Source of the DNA: a virus
Taxonomy: Duplodnaviria; Caudoviricetes
Virus record (IMG/VR): IMGVR_UViG_3300005405_000055
Location: 1-39,976 of that record
Direction: 5' to 3' (one strand)
DNA: 39,976 bases
This document shows, in pieces, positions 36,068 through 39,976 of this stretch; positions within the stretch are counted from its first letter, which is position 1; each line of letters begins with the position of its first letter. Under the pieces are notes generated by a model that was not told where the DNA came from, did no database searches, and saw only the letters and a list, made by a program, of their open reading frames with translations. The position numbers and the translations under genes were made by a program.

Positions 36068-36946
36068 TTGAACAGTAAGGAGATGAGTGGTTTAATGGAA
36101 GAAAAAAGAAATGTCATATCTTTCATGAACATGAAAGGTGGAGTAGGAAAAACTACGGTATGTGTTAATATTGCAGGGACCTTAGCCACTATGAATCAAA
36201 AGGTTTTGATTATAGATATGGATCCCCAAATGAATGCTTCACAATACTTACTAAGTCCAAGCCTTTTAGAACAACAGTTAAGATCAAAAAAAACAGTATA
36301 CGAATTGTTTCGGAAGGATATAGAAGGTGAAATACCCAGTCTCAGTGGTTCCGAATTACCTGAAGAAACAATAGGCAATGAAAGAGAGCTAATATTTAAT
36401 GTTAGAAATAATTTGGATATACTATGTGGCAATCTAAGCATGACAAAAGTTACTAGTGATACTAATGGCACTTTAACCGACTATTTACAGTTCTTCATAC
36501 AAAGCAATGAACTTCAAAAAGAATACGATTTTATTTTCATAGATTGTCCTCCAACTAGTTCAATATATACCACATCTTCACTTAAAGCTTCAAATTTTTA
36601 TATATTAGTAATTAAACCGGACTTCTTATCAACTATTGGACTCGACCTATTTGAAAGTATTATTAATACATATAACTTACGTAGAACCAGTCAAAATAAG
36701 GTCCATCCATTAGGAGTAGTAATAAATTTATTTCAGCGTAGTAATGATTACCATAATCAGAAAATACAGACCATTAAAGATAATAACAAGTTTACTACAG
36801 TATTCGAAACTGTAATTGCTAATAAAATCCCTATAGCAACAAGTAGCGAAGACCAAAAACTTATGTATGAAACTAGGGGATGTAAAAAAACTGTCGAACG
36901 CTTAACGAAAGAATTCTTAAAAATTTATAACGCGAAGGTGGGATAA
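36068..36946 (+). CDS. ParA/Soj-family ATPase
   Basis: KGGVGKTT, DMDPQMNAS and IDCPP motifs; real start probably 36083 or 36095. Confidence 0.9.
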   Translation: MNSKEMSGLMEEKRNVISFMNMKGGVGKTTVCVNIAGTLATMNQKVLIIDMDPQMNASQYLLSPSLLEQQLRSKKTVYELFRKDIEGEIPSLSGSELPEETIGNERELIFNVRNNLDILCGNLSMTKVTSDTNGTLTDYLQFFIQSNELQKEYDFIFIDCPPTSSIYTTSSLKASNFYILVIKPDFLSTIGLDLFESIINTYNLRRTSQNKVHPLGVVINLFQRSNDYHNQKIQTIKDNNKFTTVFETVIANKIPIATSSEDQKLMYETRGCKKTVERLTKEFLKIYNAKVG

Positions 36947-36949
36947 AAT

Positions 36950-37348
36950 ATGTTAGATGATAAGACACTTGACTTGGTAAATAAATACTTAAAGATTAAA
37001 CCTACTTTACAAAAAAAAGAGGATGATTTTAAAGATCGATCCCGTTTGCAGCAATTACTTGCAACAAGCATTTTAAATGACATTATTCTATCCAAAAACC
37101 TATTCAAGCGTAATGCCATCATAGCTGAATTTCTTGCCTCTTATTTTGATTTGTTATTGAGCAAATCTGCTTTAAATTCGAGAACCACTATATGCGGCAG
37201 AATTACCAGACACATAATGGGAATTGAAGATGAAGATCAGTTGATATCGTTATTAAATGTACTCTATAAAATCCTAATAAAAATTTCTAATGGAGATGAT
37301 TTATTAAAAAAGGACACCCAAGATGTCATTCGGGGGATAAAGTTATAA
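36950..37348 (+). CDS. Hypothetical protein (132 aa)
   Basis: Starts 3 nt after the ParA stop; AT-rich. Confidence 0.75.
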   Translation: MLDDKTLDLVNKYLKIKPTLQKKEDDFKDRSRLQQLLATSILNDIILSKNLFKRNAIIAEFLASYFDLLLSKSALNSRTTICGRITRHIMGIEDEDQLISLLNVLYKILIKISNGDDLLKKDTQDVIRGIKL

Positions 37349-37349
37349 T

Positions 37350-38072
37350 ATGGACTACATTTCAAATCATAAGCAAACGATTATTCACAATACTATCAGC
37401 ACTATGAATTCGCTTAAACAAATATATATTGATATCAATGCTTTAAAAAATAGATCATTTTATAAAGAAATAACTAAATACTATTCTGCAATTGCCATTA
37501 TTATTAATACACTCAAAGCGAACGAATACAGCGAACCAAGAAGAACTTTGCTTGATAATATTTTATTGAATTTCTGTTCATTAATTCACTGTATTGTTTT
37601 GAGAGATATAAAGTTGATAAATTTCATTTTCAGAAATATTATTGAAAGCATAATTAGATATTTAACCAATGAACTTACATCCCGTGATTTAGATTTACTC
37701 TTTAAAAGTTTAACAACATTTCCTTCCGACGGTTTTACCGGTCCAAATTTGATTCAAAAATATGGAGGACAACTAAAAGACATTTATACTAGAAACTGCC
37801 TATACGTTCATACTGATACCTCTAAAATACCAACTAATCTCGTTAACTTATCTGATTATAAAAATTATGATAGTGATAATGAAATATCTGTCTTATTAAA
37901 CGATTTTAAGATACTTAATCTAGCTATTATTAGTTTGTATAAGATATTCTATAAGAATTTATACAGTGATACTCCGATTAACCAAAAATCATATATAGAT
38001 GAACTAACGCCCTTAGACTATCGCGTAGAATATCAAAGCTTTTTACATGATTCTATCCAGCCTAGACTTTAG
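37350..38072 (+). CDS. Hypothetical helical protein, possibly HEPN-like
   Basis: FRNIIES helix and YTRNCLYVH motif; 1 nt after the previous stop. Confidence 0.6.
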   Translation: MDYISNHKQTIIHNTISTMNSLKQIYIDINALKNRSFYKEITKYYSAIAIIINTLKANEYSEPRRTLLDNILLNFCSLIHCIVLRDIKLINFIFRNIIESIIRYLTNELTSRDLDLLFKSLTTFPSDGFTGPNLIQKYGGQLKDIYTRNCLYVHTDTSKIPTNLVNLSDYKNYDSDNEISVLLNDFKILNLAIISLYKIFYKNLYSDTPINQKSYIDELTPLDYRVEYQSFLHDSIQPRL

Positions 38073-38094
38073 AAAAATTCTTTTGAGATTTTCG

Positions 38095-38106
38095 GAACAT
38101 TTGTTC
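38095..38106. promoter_or_regulatory. LexA/DinR SOS box upstream of integrase
   Basis: GAACATTTGTTC about 85 bp upstream of the integrase ATG. Confidence 0.6.
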
Positions 38107-38190
38107 CTGTTCGTCTTTCCTTTCTGATACTATATAAACATATCCGTTTCAAATCTCCTATTAATTCAATAACGTTAAAGGAGTGGTACC

Positions 38191-39976
38191 ATGCCTACCG
38201 CCGCTATTTATTGTCGCCAATCGTTCTACAAAGAAGACTCCTGCTCCATTGACATGCAAATTGAACGTTCCAAAGCTTTTTGCATTAGCCAGGGATGGGA
38301 TTACATAGTTTACGATATAGATAAAGGCTATTCTGGGAAGGACACTGACCGGCCAGGGTTCCGGCAAATGATGAAAGATATCACAGCGGGCAATATCAAT
38401 TATGTAGTGGTCTATAAACTGGATCGTATCTCTCGTAATCTTAAGGATTTCTTCGGCCTCATGGAAGAGTTTAAATCTCGAGAAGTTGGGTTCCGGTCCT
38501 TGACAGAGAACTTCGATACTACAACACCAATGGGTCGGGCCATGTTGGCTATAATTGCAGTCTTTGCCCAGCTGGAAAGAGAAACTACAGCTGAACGTGT
38601 ACGTGATAATATGCTAGACCGTTTCCGCTTAGGGATATGGAATGGTGGGCCTATCCCCTTTGGGTTCCTTGGGGACAAGACTACCATATTGGTTAATGGT
38701 AAAGAAAAAGCTGTTTCCGTCCTAGTCCAGGATGAAACTGAAGCTGAATATATTAAGCAATTCTATGGGTGGTACCTGGAACCCCAGGGCTCATACCTTT
38801 CGAATACTAAAAAAGCTAATGGGCTTGGAATACCAACGAAATCGGGAAAAGCCTGGAACCCTAATCAGATGCAGCGGATTATGAAAAACCCACTATATTG
38901 CGTTGCTGACCAGGCTGCCTATGAGTATTTCTCTACCCTGGGTATAGAAATGGCCTGCGATCAATCAGACTTTGACGGTGTCCATGGTCTTATGTGGTAC
39001 AACAGAAGAAAACCCCATAAAAAAACGACTAGGCTCAAAGATCAATCTGAATGGGTAGTAGCCGTTGGTGGTCATCCCGGAATTATCCCGGGAAAACTAT
39101 TTGTTAAGGCTCAGAAAAAGATTGTAGCTACTACATTTGCCCCGGCTAGGACGGGTACCGGGAGTAAGGGTCTCTTAGCATCGTTGATTAAATGTGGCAA
39201 ATGCGGTAAGGCTATGGTTTATGCGGACTATAACCATGGTACATGGCAGTACTATAAGTGTCGCTCCAAAGAGCAGCAGGGCTCCTGTGTCTGCTCCGGG
39301 CAAACCGTTAAAGGTAATGAGCTGGACCAGGCAGTAGTTACTGCTATTAAACAGATCTGTGCTGACAGGGCTTTCCTTGAAGACATTGCCCGACAGGCAA
39401 TTAAAAACACTGCAGATAATACTAAACCATTACTCGAGGATAAACATCACCTCAGTGGCAAGCTGGATGCCCTCTCCGCTGAACAAAAAGAGCTTGTCCG
39501 GGCCCTAGGTAAGAAAACCATGCCAGTAGAGCTTATAGAGGAACGTATACAGGAAATAGAAAGAGAAAAGGCACCCATACTTAAGCAAATGGAAGAAATA
39601 GATTCTAAGCTGGATACTCAGGACTGGCAAAAGATTGATATGGAAATGGTCTTTGGTAACCTACTCCGGTTCAATGAAGTTTTTGATGAAATGGAATTTG
39701 AGGAAAAGAGGATTTTTCTTCGTAGTATCGTAAAAGAGATAATATACGATAAGGGTAAAATAAAATTACTTTTATATTTCCTACCGGAAATAACATCCGT
39801 TAATCCGTCCGGGAGTAATAACAATTCTGGTACTTCTATTATGAATCCCTGCCTCTGCGGCAACTTCGGTTCAGATATAGAGTGCCGCTGTACTCCCCTG
39901 CAGATACATAAATATATGGGTAGAATATCAGGCCCCCTGCTGGATAGGATGGATTTACATGTAGAAGTACCACGAA
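38191..39976 (+). CDS. Large serine recombinase (integrase), open to window end and in frame with ComM C-terminal half
   Basis: AAGGAG RBS; [11 protein letters not shown] (Ser11), [33 protein letters not shown] zinc ribbon, coiled coil. No stop in 595 codons (checked codon by codon). Confidence 0.95.
   Translation, partial: MPTAAIYCRQSFYKEDSCSIDMQIERSKAFCISQGWDYIVYDIDKGYSGKDTDRPGFRQMMKDITAGNINYVVVYKLDRISRNLKDFFGLMEEFKSREVGFRSLTENFDTTTPMGRAMLAIIAVFAQLERETTAERVRDNMLDRFRLGIWNGGPIPFGFLGDKTTILVNGKEKAVSVLVQDETEAEYIKQFYGWYLEPQGSYLSNTKKANGLGIPTKSGKAWNPNQMQRIMKNPLYCVADQAAYEYFSTLGIEMACDQSDFDGVHGLMWYNRRKPHKKTTRLKDQSEWVVAVGGHPGIIPGKLFVKAQKKIVATTFAPARTGTGSKGLLASLIKCGKCGKAMVYADYNHGTWQYYKCRSKEQQGSCVCSGQTVKGNELDQAVVTAIKQICADRAFLEDIARQAIKNTADNTKPLLEDKHHLSGKLDALSAEQKELVRALGKKTMPVELIEERIQEIEREKAPILKQMEEIDSKLDTQDWQKIDMEMVFGNLLRFNEVFDEMEFEEKRIFLRSIVKEIIYDKGKIKLLLYFLPEITSVNPSGSNNNSGTSIMNPCLCGNFGSDIECRCTPLQIHKYMGRISGPLLDRMDLHVEVPR
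39841..39976 (+). pseudogene. comM: 3' half of host comM/yifB (Mg-chelatase-like AAA+ ATPase) split by the prophage
   Basis: [45 protein letters not shown] matches the ComM/YifB signature MNPCPCG...C.C...[12 protein letters not shown]. Confidence 0.9.

Larger units (their letters stand above)
1..39840. mobile_element. Temperate prophage (HK97-type head, PBSX/Xkd-like contractile tail) integrated in comM/yifB; left end lies outside the window
   Basis: Ordered tail, head, packaging, replication, lysogeny and integrase modules. Host comM-like sequence starts at about 39841. Confidence 0.95.

Noticed and set aside
36068-36946. ParA as evidence of a plasmid-prophage partition system
   Set aside because: No adjacent ParB or centromere repeats seen, and the element is integrated through a serine integrase.
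38161-39863. Minus-strand ORFs 38161-38367, 38412-38687 and 39618-39863
   Set aside because: Shadows of the plus-strand integrase that the track omitted.
1-39976. tRNA, rRNA, IS elements, lysis cassette
   Set aside because: None recognised by eye; lysis and tail-fibre genes presumably lie left of the window.

Overview
Almost the whole window is one temperate prophage of a Bacillota host (Clostridia-like; inferred from gene content). It has an HK97-type head and a PBSX/Xkd-type contractile tail. From left to right: tail and head genes, packaging genes with two different small-terminase-like ORFs plus an HNH nuclease, a ParB-methylase, a late activator, and replication/recombination genes (DnaD-type initiator, RecT, YqaJ), almost all on the minus strand. 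Next come a cro/cI switch and about 10 kb of AT-rich accessory cargo: a Phd-like/RM/specificity/HEPN-like operon, a secreted MBL-fold nuclease-like protein and a ParA-led three-gene operon. At the right end is a large serine integrase. Strongest observations: (1) the integrase (38191 onward, absent from the ORF track because it has no stop in the window) runs in frame into the C-terminal half of the host comM/yifB gene, so the att site lies within the integrase coding sequence; (2) the restriction-methylase and specificity genes are joined by what looks like a -1 ribosomal frameshift signal (U_UUU_UUU, 5 nt spacer, 15+4 bp hairpin), predicting both RM and RM-S products; (3) a stand-alone TGT/DpdA-like gene is coupled to an unannotated 3D-domain frame; (4) a candidate structured RNA sits next to an SOS box beside the terminase genes; (5) 48-bp hairpin repeats bound small early genes. 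Family calls come from motif recognition by eye, not from database searches.
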